Of a stretch of 64,000 bases of DNA, positions 33,979 through 44,099 are shown one piece after another. The translations under genes were made by a program, and so were the position numbers. Under the pieces are notes generated by a model. The model searched no databases, was not told where the DNA came from, and saw nothing but the letters and a program-made list of their open reading frames with translations. Source of the stretch: Candidatus Wolfebacteria bacterium (GTDB taxonomy: Bacteria; Patescibacteriota; Minisyncoccia; UBA6257; UBA9933); contig JANLIR010000002.1 in assembly GCA_024654025.1 (NCBI GenBank), positions 168,959 to 232,958 of the forward strand, in the 5' to 3' direction. How positions within the stretch are numbered: position 1 is the stretch's first letter; every line of letters begins with the position of its first letter.

Positions 33979-36651
33979 ATGGATCAATTTCATAGATTTA
34001 CAATTAAAGCTCAGGAAGCGCTTCAGAGAGCGCAGGACTTGGCTGTCCGGGAAAACCACGGCGAACTTAAAGCAATCCACCTGCTCGCTTCGTTAATCGA
34101 AGACGAGCAATCTTTGGTAAAACCCGTAATTTTGAAATCAGGAATAAATCTCGAAGCTTTGACTAACGAAGTTAGCGAAGAAATAAAAAAACAGCCTAAA
34201 ATTTTATCGCGCGGCGGAGTGGGCCAGCTTTATTTATCCCAAGAATTAATGATTATTTTGGACAAGGCCGCTAAAATCGCCCAGCAGCAAAGAGACGAAT
34301 TTGTTTCTTGCGAGCACATGCTTTTGGGAATTTTAGATTTTGAAGGATCAAGCGCGGGAAAAATTTTATCCAAATTTGGCCTCCAGCGCGACACTGCTTT
34401 AAGAATTTTAGCGCAGCTTAGGGGGTCAATGAGAATAACCGACGAAACCCCAGAAACAAAATTCCAGGTTTTAGAAAAATATGCCATTAATCTTACCGAA
34501 TCTGCGCGCCAGGGAAAACTTGATCCGGTTATCGGCCGCGAGGAAGAACTAAAGAGGCTCATCCAGGTTCTTAGCCGGAGAACAAAAAATAATCCTGTTT
34601 TAATAGGAGAATCGGGCGTCGGAAAAACTGCCATTGTCGAAGGATTGGCGCAAAGAATCATTGCCGGAGACGTTCCCGAGCCTCTAAAAGGCAAGGAAAT
34701 TATAATGCTTGATCTCGGATCTCTTATAGCCGGCACGAAATTCAGAGGCGAGTTTGAAGACCGATTAAAAGCCTTTATTAAAGAAGTTCAAAACTCAGCA
34801 GGAAAAATTATTCTTTTTATTGATGAAATTCACATGATTGTGGGAGCCGGTTCAGCGGAAGGCGCGGTTGATGCTTCTAATTTATTAAAACCGGCTCTGT
34901 CTCGGGGAGAGCTTCACGCAATCGGCGCGACAACCACTACCGAATACCGACGCTATATTGAAAAAGACGCGGCGCTCGAAAGAAGATTCCAGCCCATCAT
35001 TGTTGAAGAGCCTTCAATTGACGACAGCATTTCCATATTAAGAGGGCTCAAAGAAAAATACGAAGTTCATCACGGCATTAGAATCAGCGACGAAGCAATT
35101 ATTGCCGCCGTTAATTTGTCGGCGCGTTATATTACCGACAGATTTTTACCCGATAAAGCGGTTGATTTAATAGACGAGGCTGGTTCGGCAAGGAGGCTCG
35201 AAACCGAAAGCTTGCCGGGAGAAATCGATAAAATCAGGCACGAAATTTTACGCTTGGAAATAGAAAAATCCGCCCTTCAAACAGAGAGCGCGAGCAAATC
35301 AAAAGACCGTTTGAAAGAAATAGAAAAAGAACTCAGCGCCTTAAAAGAAAAAAACGACGAATTGTCGGCAAAGTGGCACGCTGAAAAAATAACTTTCGAA
35401 GAATTCCATAATCTTAGAAAGCGCATAGAAACTTTAAAGCGCGAAGCGGAAATGGCCGAGCGGGAAGGCAATTTGGAAAAAGTCGCTAAAATTCTTTACG
35501 GCGAATTGCCTCAAGCGGAAAAAGAAGAGAAAATTTTTGAAAAGAAATTTATGGTCGCTGAAAGAAAAACAGACATTAAAAACAAAAAGGGCAAGGATAA
35601 ATTTATAAAAGAAGCGGTTGACGAAGAAGATATTGCCCGCGTTGTTTCCAACTGGACAGGAATTCCTGTTTCAAAAATGCTTGAAAGCGAAGCGCAAAAA
35701 TTAAGCCGCATTGAAGAAGTTTTATCCAAAAGAGTTGTCGGTCAGGAGCAGGCTATAAAAGCTGTGGCCAATGCTTTGAGGCGCGCCAGAACCGGATTAA
35801 CCGAAGAACAGCGGCCTTTGGGGAGCTTTATGTTTTTGGGTCCGACAGGAGTCGGAAAAACAGAATTAGTAAGGGCGCTTTCGGAATTTATGTTTAACGA
35901 CGAAAAATCGCTTGTAAGAGTGGACATGTCCGAATATATGGAAAGGCATTCTGTTTCTCGGTTGATTGGTTCTCCTCCGGGCTATGTCGGTTATGAAGAG
36001 GGTGGCCGTTTAACCGATTCTATCCGGCACAAGCCGTACAGCTTGATTTTATTTGATGAAATCGAGAAGGCTCATCCCGATGTTTTTAATATCCTTTTGC
36101 AAATTTTTGATGACGGCCGATTGACCGACGGCAAGGGGAAAACCGTTAATTTCAAAAATAGCATAATAATTTTGACTTCAAATGTCGGCAGCGAATATTT
36201 CCAGGAAATTTCCCGCCTCGGTTTTGAGGTTCCGGGCAAAAAAGTGCAATCGGAGGCTAGTGAAAAAGCCGAACTTTTCAAGGAAAAGGTATTGGAAAAA
36301 CTTAAAGAAAATTTCCGACCGGAATTTTTGAACCGCTTAGACGAAATCGTCGTTTTTAATTCTCTGGGCTCGCAAGAGATTGAAAAAATAGTGGAAATTC
36401 AGCTTGAACAGGTCAGAAAAAGGCTGGCGAAAAGAAATCTTAATATCGTAATAGATGAGTCGGTTAAAAAATACATAACCCAAGAAGGATTTGATCCGGA
36501 TTTCGGCGCAAGGCCGATAAAAAGAATGATTCAAAAAGCAATTTTGGATCAATTGGCGGACCAGCTTATAAAAGGAAAATTCGAGAATGTTAAAAAAATT
36601 AAAATCAGCTTCAAAAACTCTCATCTTTCCATTGTTCCCGCCCGCGGTTAA
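33979..36651 (+). CDS. clpB: Chaperone ClpB
   Basis: 890 aa. N domain, AAA-1 ([18 protein letters not shown]), long coiled-coil middle domain (ClpB-specific), AAA-2 ([17 protein letters not shown]), C-terminal D2-small domain. Confidence 0.9.
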   Translation: MDQFHRFTIKAQEALQRAQDLAVRENHGELKAIHLLASLIEDEQSLVKPVILKSGINLEALTNEVSEEIKKQPKILSRGGVGQLYLSQELMIILDKAAKIAQQQRDEFVSCEHMLLGILDFEGSSAGKILSKFGLQRDTALRILAQLRGSMRITDETPETKFQVLEKYAINLTESARQGKLDPVIGREEELKRLIQVLSRRTKNNPVLIGESGVGKTAIVEGLAQRIIAGDVPEPLKGKEIIMLDLGSLIAGTKFRGEFEDRLKAFIKEVQNSAGKIILFIDEIHMIVGAGSAEGAVDASNLLKPALSRGELHAIGATTTTEYRRYIEKDAALERRFQPIIVEEPSIDDSISILRGLKEKYEVHHGIRISDEAIIAAVNLSARYITDRFLPDKAVDLIDEAGSARRLETESLPGEIDKIRHEILRLEIEKSALQTESASKSKDRLKEIEKELSALKEKNDELSAKWHAEKITFEEFHNLRKRIETLKREAEMAEREGNLEKVAKILYGELPQAEKEEKIFEKKFMVAERKTDIKNKKGKDKFIKEAVDEEDIARVVSNWTGIPVSKMLESEAQKLSRIEEVLSKRVVGQEQAIKAVANALRRARTGLTEEQRPLGSFMFLGPTGVGKTELVRALSEFMFNDEKSLVRVDMSEYMERHSVSRLIGSPPGYVGYEEGGRLTDSIRHKPYSLILFDEIEKAHPDVFNILLQIFDDGRLTDGKGKTVNFKNSIIILTSNVGSEYFQEISRLGFEVPGKKVQSEASEKAELFKEKVLEKLKENFRPEFLNRLDEIVVFNSLGSQEIEKIVEIQLEQVRKRLAKRNLNIVIDESVKKYITQEGFDPDFGARPIKRMIQKAILDQLADQLIKGKFENVKKIKISFKNSHLSIVPARG

Positions 36652-37342
36652 AGCCGCGGTATTCGGAGCGCTGCTTTTTTGGATAAGCGCTCAAAGGAGT
36701 TTTTTAATCCTCCTTCTTTTTTTAGCAGCTGCTTTTTATTTTTATTTCCGCAAACTTTTGGAGTGGCGGAAGTTTTTTTATGCGTTTCTGGTTTTGATTT
36801 TCTATTCTTTAATCGTAATTAATTTTTTTAACAATCAGTTTTTTTCTGTCGTTTCTTCGATTTTTTTCGCCGCGCTTTTTTTTATGATTTTGGGAATAAA
36901 AAATTTCGTTTTTATAGACAGAGAAACAATTTTTAATTTTTTGTACTGGATTCTTTATTTTGTCGCTTCAATTGTTTTTTTTGCCAGCGACAAAACGGGC
37001 ACTCTCAATCTTTTGGGTTATTCTATTTTAACTTTTTTTGTTTTTTATATTTTATCCAAGGAGTCTCTTGATTTTCTTTATTCCGAAATATCTGTCAAAA
37101 AAAGGCGGCTGTTGGCCTTTGGCGTTTCTTTTATAACCATTCAAGCGGCCCACATAATCCGCTGGTTGCCTCTCGGATTTTTAAATTCCGCCGTAATGGC
37201 GGCTCTTCTTATTATTGTATTGGAGGATTTAATATCTTATCATTTAAAAGGAGCCCTCAACCGCCAGATAATCATAAAAAATGCTGTTGTTTTACTGGTT
37301 ATGGTGTTTTTAATTTTTTTGGCGGTTAGATTTCAAATCTAA
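36587..37342 (+). CDS. Hypothetical polytopic membrane protein (start uncertain)
   Basis: 251 aa, extremely Phe/Leu/Ile-rich, 6-7 TM segments. The tracked start overlaps the clpB 3' end by 65 nt, so the real start may be downstream. Confidence 0.35.
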   Translation: MLKKLKSASKTLIFPLFPPAVKAAVFGALLFWISAQRSFLILLLFLAAAFYFYFRKLLEWRKFFYAFLVLIFYSLIVINFFNNQFFSVVSSIFFAALFFMILGIKNFVFIDRETIFNFLYWILYFVASIVFFASDKTGTLNLLGYSILTFFVFYILSKESLDFLYSEISVKKRRLLAFGVSFITIQAAHIIRWLPLGFLNSAVMAALLIIVLEDLISYHLKGALNRQIIIKNAVVLLVMVFLIFLAVRFQI

Positions 37343-37350
37343 CTTATTGC

Positions 37351-38127
37351 ATGGCTAAAGTTTTTGCCGTTTGTAATCAAAAAGGCGGGGTAGCTAAGAC
37401 AACTACTAGCGTCAATTTATCAGCTTATTTGTCGCTCATGGGGAAAAAGGTTTTGCTTATTGATTTTGATCCTCAAGCGAACGCCACCGCCAGCTTAGGC
37501 CACTTGGCCAAAGAAGACCAAGCCGGAATTTATCACGGCATTTTAGGTTACTCTTCGCCGGAAGAAATAATTCTTCCGACCGCGCTTTTTAACCATCATC
37601 TAATCCCTGCTAGCCAAGGATTAGCAGGCGCCCTTATTGAGCTGGTTGACCAGCCGGAAAGGGAATCATTTTTAAGAAAATTTATAAACAGAATCCGCCA
37701 TTTGTATGATTATATATTTGTCGATCTTCCACCGTCCTTGAGTTTGCTTACCTTAAACGGCCTGGTTGCTTCTGATGAGGTTTTAATCCCCATTCAGTGC
37801 GAGTACTTGAGTTTGGAAGGGCTTGGCCAGCTTTTGGAAACAGTCAATATGATAAACAGGAATTTAGGCAAAAATATAAAAATTGCCGGCGCTGTTTTAA
37901 CAATGTACGACAAAAATAGGGAATTGAATCGTGAGGTTGCGCAAAATATCAGAACTTATTTTCCCCACACTGTTTTCAAAAGCGAGATACCTCGCTGTGA
38001 TGCTTTGGCTGAGGCGCCGAGTTTCGGCAGGCCTGTTGTTTTATATGACCCTAAAGCCGCCGGCGCTCAAGCTTACGAAAAATTAGCAAGGGAAATTATT
38101 GAATTGGAGAAAGGAATAATCGAATAA
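37351..38127 (+). CDS. parA: Chromosome partitioning ATPase ParA/Soj
   Basis: 258 aa. Deviant Walker A (KGGVAKTTT), IDFDPQANAT, IDLPPS. Confidence 0.85.
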   Translation: MAKVFAVCNQKGGVAKTTTSVNLSAYLSLMGKKVLLIDFDPQANATASLGHLAKEDQAGIYHGILGYSSPEEIILPTALFNHHLIPASQGLAGALIELVDQPERESFLRKFINRIRHLYDYIFVDLPPSLSLLTLNGLVASDEVLIPIQCEYLSLEGLGQLLETVNMINRNLGKNIKIAGAVLTMYDKNRELNREVAQNIRTYFPHTVFKSEIPRCDALAEAPSFGRPVVLYDPKAAGAQAYEKLAREIIELEKGIIE

Positions 38128-38131
38128 ATAT

Positions 38132-39208
38132 ATGTTAGGCAAAGGTTTAGAATCTTTAATACCAAAAAAATCTCAAAACGACGATTCGTCGAGTGGTTCT
38201 TTTGATGATCAGAAAACAGATTCTCCGGTTGGCGGAGGTGTTGGGTTTAAAATAGAAAACAAAATAAAAGATATTTCCTTTAGCGAAAAAGAAGAAGAAA
38301 GAAAAGAACTTTTTCAAAAATCGCAAGAAAAAGATCAAGAACAAATTGTAAAACCAGGCAAACACCACCAGGAAGCGATTTTTCATATAGAAACCGAAAA
38401 AATAAAATCTAATCCGCACCAACCGCGAAAACATTTTGACGAGGAATCGTTAAAAGAATTAGCGGATTCAATCCGTGAATTCGGAATTATCCAGCCGCTT
38501 ATAGTTTCTAAAATTGAAAAAGAAACCGATTTTGGCACAGAGGTTGAGTATCAGCTCATTGCCGGAGAACGTCGTTTGATGGCTGCTAAACTTGTGGGCC
38601 TTGAAAGAGTGCCAGTTGTTATAAGAAGATTTTCTCAAAAAGCCGAAGGGCTTGAAGTGGCAATTGTGGAAAATCTTCAGCGAGCTGACCTTAATTCTAT
38701 TGAGGTGGCGCGCGCTTACGCTAAACTTCAAGACGAATTCGGTTTGACTCAAAGAGAAGTCGCCGCTCGAATGGGAAAGAGCCGTGAAACAATCGCCAAC
38801 ACATTACGACTTTTAAATTTGCCAAGCGAAATTCAAGACGCTTTGGCGGATAATAAAATAAACGAAAGCCAGGCGAGGATGCTTTTGGTGGTTGATGATC
38901 ATATAGCGCAGAAAAAACTTTTTGAGGAACTTTTGAACAAGGGTTTAACAGTTCGAGAACTTCGCTCTCGCATTAGGCGTGCCAAGCCGAATTCAGAAAG
39001 CCAAAAAGAAGAAGCCGGCGGTTTTCAAGACGAAGAAACTCACCAGCTTGAAGAAAGATTGGAACAAACGCTCGGCACGCGGGTGAAAATAGACAAGAAA
39101 AATACGTCAGCTGGCGGAGGCGGAAAAATTGTTATATCTTTTTATTCTCCGGAAGAGCTTTATGGTATCGTAAAAAAACTTAATCCGACAGATGAAAATT
39201 TCCAATGA
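38132..39208 (+). CDS. parB: Chromosome partitioning protein ParB/Spo0J
   Basis: 358 aa. ParB box GERRLMAAKLVGLERVPVVIRR, HTH region. About 90-aa low-complexity N-terminal extension. Confidence 0.85.
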   Translation: MLGKGLESLIPKKSQNDDSSSGSFDDQKTDSPVGGGVGFKIENKIKDISFSEKEEERKELFQKSQEKDQEQIVKPGKHHQEAIFHIETEKIKSNPHQPRKHFDEESLKELADSIREFGIIQPLIVSKIEKETDFGTEVEYQLIAGERRLMAAKLVGLERVPVVIRRFSQKAEGLEVAIVENLQRADLNSIEVARAYAKLQDEFGLTQREVAARMGKSRETIANTLRLLNLPSEIQDALADNKINESQARMLLVVDDHIAQKKLFEELLNKGLTVRELRSRIRRAKPNSESQKEEAGGFQDEETHQLEERLEQTLGTRVKIDKKNTSAGGGGKIVISFYSPEELYGIVKKLNPTDENFQ

Positions 39209-40925
39209 ACATATTTCTAAAATTCTTCGAGAGATAGCGGTGTATTTGGAAATGCAAAATGTTCCATTTAAGCCGCGCGCGTACGAAAAAACCGCCATCG
39301 CGGTTGCCGACCTTTCCGAAGATTTGCACGCCCTTTATGAGAAGGGCGGCATTAAAGCTATCGAAGAAATCGAGGGTGTAGGCGTTTCCATTGCCGAGAA
39401 AATTGAAGAAATAATAAAAACCGGATATTTAAAATATTACGACCAGCTGAAGAAAAAAACTCCGGTTGACGTGAGTTCTTTAATGTCAGTTGAGGGTCTT
39501 GGGCCCAAAAAAATCAAAAAACTTTACCAAGAGTTGAAAATTACAAATGTTGAGGAATTGGAAAGATCGGCAAGAGCCGGAAAAATCAGAAGTTTGGAGG
39601 GATTTGGCGAAAAAACCGAGGAAAATATTTTAAAAAGTTTGGAATTTTTACGGCAAGCAGGCGGCAGATTTATTCTGGGCTATATAATGCCCGATATCAG
39701 GAAAATCGAAAGCGATTTAAAAAAATTAAAAGAAGTTAAAAAAATCATTGTTGCCGGTTCAGTCCGCCGCAGAAAAGAAACAATAGGTGATGTTGATATT
39801 TTGATTGTTTCTAGCAAGCCCGCTCCGGTTATGGATTTCTTTGTGAATATGCCAAATGTCGCCAGAGTCGTGACTCACGGAAGCACTAAGTCGGCCGTAA
39901 AACTGAAAAACGGGCTTGATGTTGATGTCTGTGTTGTAGCGGAGAAATCCTACGGCGCGGCTTTAAATTATTTTACCGGCTCTAAATACCACAACATCGC
40001 TTTACGGGAAATCGCGATCAAGTATGGGTTTAATCTAAATGAATACGGGTTGTTTAAAGGTAAGAAAACAATTACTGGGAAAACCGAAGAAGAGATTTAT
40101 AAAAAATTAGGGCTTGATTATATTGAGCCGGAAATGCGTGAAAACGAAGGGGAAATTGAGCTCTCTAGCGAACATAAACTTCCTAAATTGATTGGCTATA
40201 ATGATTTGCAAGGGGATTTGCAGATTCAAACTAATTGGACTGACGGTTCAAACACAATAGAAGAATACGCAGAAGTTGCGATTAAAAAAGGATTGAAATA
40301 TATCGTTATAACTGATCATACAAAAAGGTTGGCAATGACTGGCGGACTTGACGAGAAAAAACTTTTAAAGCAAATCGCTGAAATAGGAAAAATTAATGAA
40401 AAGTTATCAGCTAAGGGCTACAAGTTTAAAATTCTTGCCGGCAGCGAGGTGGATATTTTGAAAGACGGAACTTTAGATTTAAAAGATGAGGCTTTAAAAA
40501 AACTTGATGTTTGCGGGACCGCAATCCATTCTTATTTTAATTTACCAAAAGAAGAACAGACAAAAAGAATAATTCGCGCCATGGAAAATCCGCACGTTGA
40601 TATAATTTTTCATCCCACCGGAAGAATTATTAATCGTCGACCAGCTTATGAGGTCGATATTGACGAGATAATTAAAGCCGCCAAAAGAACCAACACGGTT
40701 TTAGAAATTGACGCATTTCCGGACAGATTGGATTTGAAAGACGACTATATTAGAAAATGTGTGTTTGCCGGAGTGAAATTAGCCATTGATAGCGACGCGC
40801 ACTTGGTCAGCCATATGGATTTTCTGGAATTCGGCATAGCCCAAGCTCGCCGCGGCTGGGCCACTAAAGACGATATTATAAACACAAGGCCGGTAGAAGC
40901 AATGCTTAAATTATTAAAGAAATAA
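39192..40925 (+). CDS. Family X DNA polymerase with C-terminal PHP domain (PolX)
   Basis: 577 aa. HhH lyase domain, pol-beta palm (GSVRRRKETIGDVDILI) and C-terminal PHP domain (DHTKRLAMTGG…AIDSDAH). Confidence 0.8.
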   Translation: MKISNEHISKILREIAVYLEMQNVPFKPRAYEKTAIAVADLSEDLHALYEKGGIKAIEEIEGVGVSIAEKIEEIIKTGYLKYYDQLKKKTPVDVSSLMSVEGLGPKKIKKLYQELKITNVEELERSARAGKIRSLEGFGEKTEENILKSLEFLRQAGGRFILGYIMPDIRKIESDLKKLKEVKKIIVAGSVRRRKETIGDVDILIVSSKPAPVMDFFVNMPNVARVVTHGSTKSAVKLKNGLDVDVCVVAEKSYGAALNYFTGSKYHNIALREIAIKYGFNLNEYGLFKGKKTITGKTEEEIYKKLGLDYIEPEMRENEGEIELSSEHKLPKLIGYNDLQGDLQIQTNWTDGSNTIEEYAEVAIKKGLKYIVITDHTKRLAMTGGLDEKKLLKQIAEIGKINEKLSAKGYKFKILAGSEVDILKDGTLDLKDEALKKLDVCGTAIHSYFNLPKEEQTKRIIRAMENPHVDIIFHPTGRIINRRPAYEVDIDEIIKAAKRTNTVLEIDAFPDRLDLKDDYIRKCVFAGVKLAIDSDAHLVSHMDFLEFGIAQARRGWATKDDIINTRPVEAMLKLLKK

Positions 40926-41005
40926 ACGCGTGCTTGCCCCGCACCAAAACAAGTGTTGGTGCGGGGGCCATTGGAGAAAATGCTAAAAATGTTAAAATAA
41001 AAAAC

Positions 41006-41509
41006 ATGAGAGAAATTTCAGCCGGGATTATTATTTATAGAATAACGGCCCAAGGGCCGAAATTTTTGCTTCTTTACCACGGCAATAATTATTGGAATTT
41101 TCCCAAGGGGAAATTAGAAGTGGCGGAAAGAAGTTTCCAAGCGGCTTTAAGAGAAATAAAAGAAGAAACCGGATTAGTAAGGGGCGATCTCAATTTTAGT
41201 GATTATTTTAAAACCAAAGAGAACTTTTATTTTTACAGAAAAATTGGAGAAAAGAAAATGAAGGTTTTTAAAAATATCACTTTTTATCTTGCCGAGACCC
41301 AAAAAAAACAAATAAAAATTTCCGAAAAAAAAGAGGGCGAACCGCACGAAGGATTTGCGTGGGTTACCTTTCCGGAAGCGATGAAAGTTTTAACAAAAAA
41401 CAAAGACAGCCGGAGAATTTTAACGCAAGCGTATAATTTTTTAAGAAAAAGTAAATCTTCACACGCGCCATCTGATAGAATTGACACCGGTAAGCCCAAA
41501 ATGGTATAA
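41006..41509 (+). CDS. NUDIX hydrolase
   Basis: Nudix box GKLEVAERSFQAALREIKEETGL. Start set at the internal ATG 41006; the tracked 40934 start runs through a GC hairpin at 40933-40968. Confidence 0.7.
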   Translation: MREISAGIIIYRITAQGPKFLLLYHGNNYWNFPKGKLEVAERSFQAALREIKEETGLVRGDLNFSDYFKTKENFYFYRKIGEKKMKVFKNITFYLAETQKKQIKISEKKEGEPHEGFAWVTFPEAMKVLTKNKDSRRILTQAYNFLRKSKSSHAPSDRIDTGKPKMV

Positions 41510-41601
41510 AAGTTTTAGAACTTAAACTTTTTTATATATACGAATAAGATAAAGGCAGTATGCCGCGAACCTTTAATTAACCGATCTTAAGGAGGTGACC
41601 G

Positions 41602-41784
41602 ATGAAAGCAGAACAGATTTCTCGTGTAAACGGAATGCTTCGCCGGCATCGAAAAGTCGTGTGCGTGCTTTGCGGGCAAACTCCGAGAGGCGAAGTCGTA
41701 AAGCGTAAGAAGAAGGACGAGGGAACGTGTTTCCCGGCGCAATGCGGGAAGGTTTTATACTCTCCGGTGCTTCCGCTCCAGTAA
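41602..41784 (+). CDS. Small zinc-ribbon protein (GC-rich islet)
   Basis: 60 aa with C-x2-C…C-x4-C (CVLCGQ…CFPAQCG). Strong SD AAGGAGGTG at 6-nt spacing. GC about 55%. Followed by a strong bidirectional terminator. Confidence 0.4.
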   Translation: MKAEQISRVNGMLRRHRKVVCVLCGQTPRGEVVKRKKKDEGTCFPAQCGKVLYSPVLPLQ

Positions 41785-41813
41785 CTTTAGAACGGACAAG
41801 CGAAACGCTATTT

Positions 41814-41868
41814 AAAAAGGCCACCCCCGAAAGAGGGTGGCCACAGTTTATTTTATTTTTTTCACAAT
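41814..41868. terminator. Bidirectional rho-independent terminator (small zinc-ribbon gene / rplT)
   Basis: AAAAAGGCCACCC-CCGAAAGA-GGGTGGCC followed by TTTATTTTATTTTT. Confidence 0.65.
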
Positions 41869-42192
41869 CTTTTCAAAAACTTTTGGTTCGTTTTGCGCTA
41901 AGTCAGCCAAGATTTTTCTGTCTATCAATATATTAGCTTTTTTGAGTCCGGCAATAAGCTTGCTGTAAGTTAAGCCGTGGGTTCTTGAGGCGGCGTTTAT
42001 CTGGGTTAGCCACAGGGACCGGTAGTCTCTTTTCTTTTCTTTTCTTCCTCGAAAAGCGTGCGTCCAAGCATGAAGCAAGGCTTCTTTGGCTGCCCGCTCT
42101 TTTGATTTTCTGCCCCATTTAAAACCCTTGGTGTATTTGAGCAGTTTTTCTCTTTTCTTATGCGCTGTTTTCCCTCGTTTTACTCGGGTCAT
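41848..42192 (-). CDS. rplT: 50S ribosomal protein L20
   Basis: 114 aa; RVKRGKTAHKKREKLLKYTKGF…YRSLWLTQINAASR is canonical L20. Confidence 0.9.
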   Translation of the reverse strand: MTRVKRGKTAHKKREKLLKYTKGFKWGRKSKERAAKEALLHAWTHAFRGRKEKKRDYRSLWLTQINAASRTHGLTYSKLIAGLKKANILIDRKILADLAQNEPKVFEKIVKKIK

Positions 42193-42206
42193 ATTTTATT
42201 TGGTTT

Positions 42207-42371
42207 TTATCTGGCTTGCATTATTTTTTCACCGTAAACCGACCGCATGCCCTTTCTTCTTTTTCTCTGGGTAGTGCTCTTCTTAGCTCGAAAATGCCCT
42301 TGGCCCATGGCTCTGCGCAGTATTTTTCCCGTTCCGGTTATTTTTATTCTGCTTGTAAAACTTTTTTTCAT
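42207..42371 (-). CDS. rpmI: 50S ribosomal protein L35
   Basis: 54-aa ORF not in the track (MKKSFTSRIKITGTGKILRRAMGQGHFRAKKSTTQRKRRKGMRSVYGEKIMQAR). ATGA overlap with the infC stop. Confidence 0.75.
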   Translation of the reverse strand: MKKSFTSRIKITGTGKILRRAMGQGHFRAKKSTTQRKRRKGMRSVYGEKIMQAR

Positions 42372-42874
42372 TTTTTTGTGATTTGTACGGATAATCCTCG
42401 TCCTCCGATTTTCGGGTCAGAAGTTTTTTTGTGTTCAATCGTTATTAATTTCAAAAAAACATCTAATTTTTTATACGCCAAATCTTTAAACATTTTTTCC
42501 CTGCCCCTCATAACAACCGTCACGTCAACCTTATTGTCTTTTTCTAAAAAGTCGTTTGCTCGTCTCGCCTTGACGTTCATATCGTTTATCGCTTCTTTCA
42601 TGCTGATTTTAACTTGTTTTAATTCTCCGATTTTCTGGGCAGCGTATTGTTTTTTCAACTCTTTTTCTTTCTGGTAGCGGAATTTGTCATAGCTCATTAT
42701 TCTGGCAACCGGCGGCTTGGCGGTTGGCGCGATTTCTATCAAATCAAAACCTCTTTCTAGAGACAATTTTAATGCCACGCTTGTCGGCATTAGTCCCAAG
42801 TTTTCGCCTTTTTCATCAATGACTCTTAATTCAGGCGCTGTTATTTGATTGTTTATTCTTGTCTGTATATTAAT
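42368..42874 (-). CDS. infC: Translation initiation factor IF-3
   Basis: IF3 N- and C-domains (…ITAPELRVIDEKGENLGLM…). The tracked ORF extends to 42922 and would overlap the tmRNA 3' end. The true start is probably a non-AUG (AUU/AUA) codon near 42874, so the 5' end is approximate. Confidence 0.75.
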   Translation of the reverse strand: MNIQTRINNQITAPELRVIDEKGENLGLMPTSVALKLSLERGFDLIEIAPTAKPPVARIMSYDKFRYQKEKELKKQYAAQKIGELKQVKISMKEAINDMNVKARRANDFLEKDNKVDVTVVMRGREKMFKDLAYKKLDVFLKLITIEHKKTSDPKIGGRGLSVQITKK

Positions 42875-42890
42875 TTTTTGTTTTTTATAG

Positions 42891-43204
42891 TGGAAGCGGA
42901 GGGATTGAACCCTCGTCCGCAAATTTTTTTAAAAAAAATCTACAAGCTTAGTTCGTGAGAACAATTTTGCTCCTTATTCTCGTTTCGGATATCGGAGCGT
43001 TTCTCCGAAACAATCCCAATTTATTACACCAGCTAATCCCTTATTGGGAGTCAGAGGCTGATGGCTTAAGCTTTAACCGATTGGTTTAGGCGAAAGCGAA
43101 TGCCGGTTTATTGGCAATTATTTGTTGGTTCGTTGATTAGCGAGGTGACGCGCCATCCTCGGCCTGCATTTTTTTAAGAACAATCTGCGTCGAAACTTAC
43201 ACTC
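42891..43204 (-). ncRNA. ssrA: tmRNA (SsrA)
   Basis: 5' end GGGAGTGTAAGTTTCGACGCAG…; tag reading frame GCC AAT AAA CCG GCA TTC GCT TTC GCC TAA = ANKPAFAFA*; 3' tRNA-like end GCGGACGAGGGTTCAATCCCTCCGCTTCC-A. Acceptor 5' GGGAGTG pairs with 3' CGCTTCC (two G·U). Adjacent to smpB. Confidence 0.8.
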
Positions 43205-43649
43205 CCTTGAATTTAGCCGTTCTCATTTCTTTTTCTACGTCTCTTTTCTTGATCACTTCTCTTTTGTCAGATTTCTTCCGGATTCGCCCAAGACCGAATT
43301 CTATTTTAATCCGGCCCGAAGCGTTTTTAGTATAAACTTTTAAAGGCACCAAAGTCAAGCCTTTTTCATGAGTTTTGCCTATCAGAGTATTGATTTCCGC
43401 GCGTTTCAAAAGCAGCCGTCGAGTTCGTTTAGAATCATAATTTTCCGGCATGTTTTTGGGCTGGTAAGGAGGAACATCGGCGTTAATCAGCCAAGCTTGG
43501 TTTTCTTTTGTTACGACGTATGACCCGGACAAATTAATTCTGCCGCTTTTTATTGATTTTACTTCAAATCCGAGCAGTTCAATGCCGGCCTCGTATTTAT
43601 CGAGGATATCATAATCGAAATATGCGCGTTTATTTTCGGCTAAAGCCAT
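43197..43649 (-). CDS. smpB: SsrA-binding protein SmpB
   Basis: 150 aa; NKRAYFDYDILDKYEAGIELLGFEVKS…RTRRLLLKRAE is canonical SmpB. Confidence 0.9.
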   Translation of the reverse strand: MALAENKRAYFDYDILDKYEAGIELLGFEVKSIKSGRINLSGSYVVTKENQAWLINADVPPYQPKNMPENYDSKRTRRLLLKRAEINTLIGKTHEKGLTLVPLKVYTKNASGRIKIEFGLGRIRKKSDKREVIKKRDVEKEMRTAKFKGV

Positions 43650-43738
43650 GAGTTTAGTATAAAGTATTAGGCGGTAAGTATAAAGAAAATAAAAAAACAG
43701 GGAGCATTTCTGCTCCCCTTTGGAGAAACCGGCTTACT

Positions 43739-43978
43739 TTAATAAGGTGGTTTGGCTGAAGCTTTCCTTCCGTTTGTAACCACGTCTTCCCATTTGGCAT
43801 CAGTTTCCATGATCGCTTCGACCAGTTTGTTGCGACTCATCTCGGTCGGGAACGGCCACGGTTTGCGGTAGTGTTTGCGCCACCTTTTTTTGGCCTTGTC
43901 CTTTTCCGGCCCTTCCGACATAAGAAGTTCAATCGTCATTGCCTCGTCATATTGCTTGGGAGTCAGTTTCGGTCGCAT
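43739..43978 (-). CDS. Small hypothetical protein (moderately GC-enriched, strong SD)
   Basis: 79 aa, basic, no motif. RBS AAAGGAGG. GC about 50%. Confidence 0.35.
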   Translation of the reverse strand: MRPKLTPKQYDEAMTIELLMSEGPEKDKAKKRWRKHYRKPWPFPTEMSRNKLVEAIMETDAKWEDVVTNGRKASAKPPY

Positions 43979-44099
43979 TTGAGCGCCTCCTTTCGGAAAC
44001 TTTTGGAAATTGTAATATGTAGCTGTTATAACTATTTAAGACAATGCGGGTTGTGTCAAGGCTTTAAATTCGTCTCATTTTGCTTTAAACTGATTTTTA

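Noticed and set aside
34230-34736. 168-aa minus-strand ORF (and other minus-strand ORFs within 33979-36651)
   Set aside because: Antisense to clpB; no independent signals.
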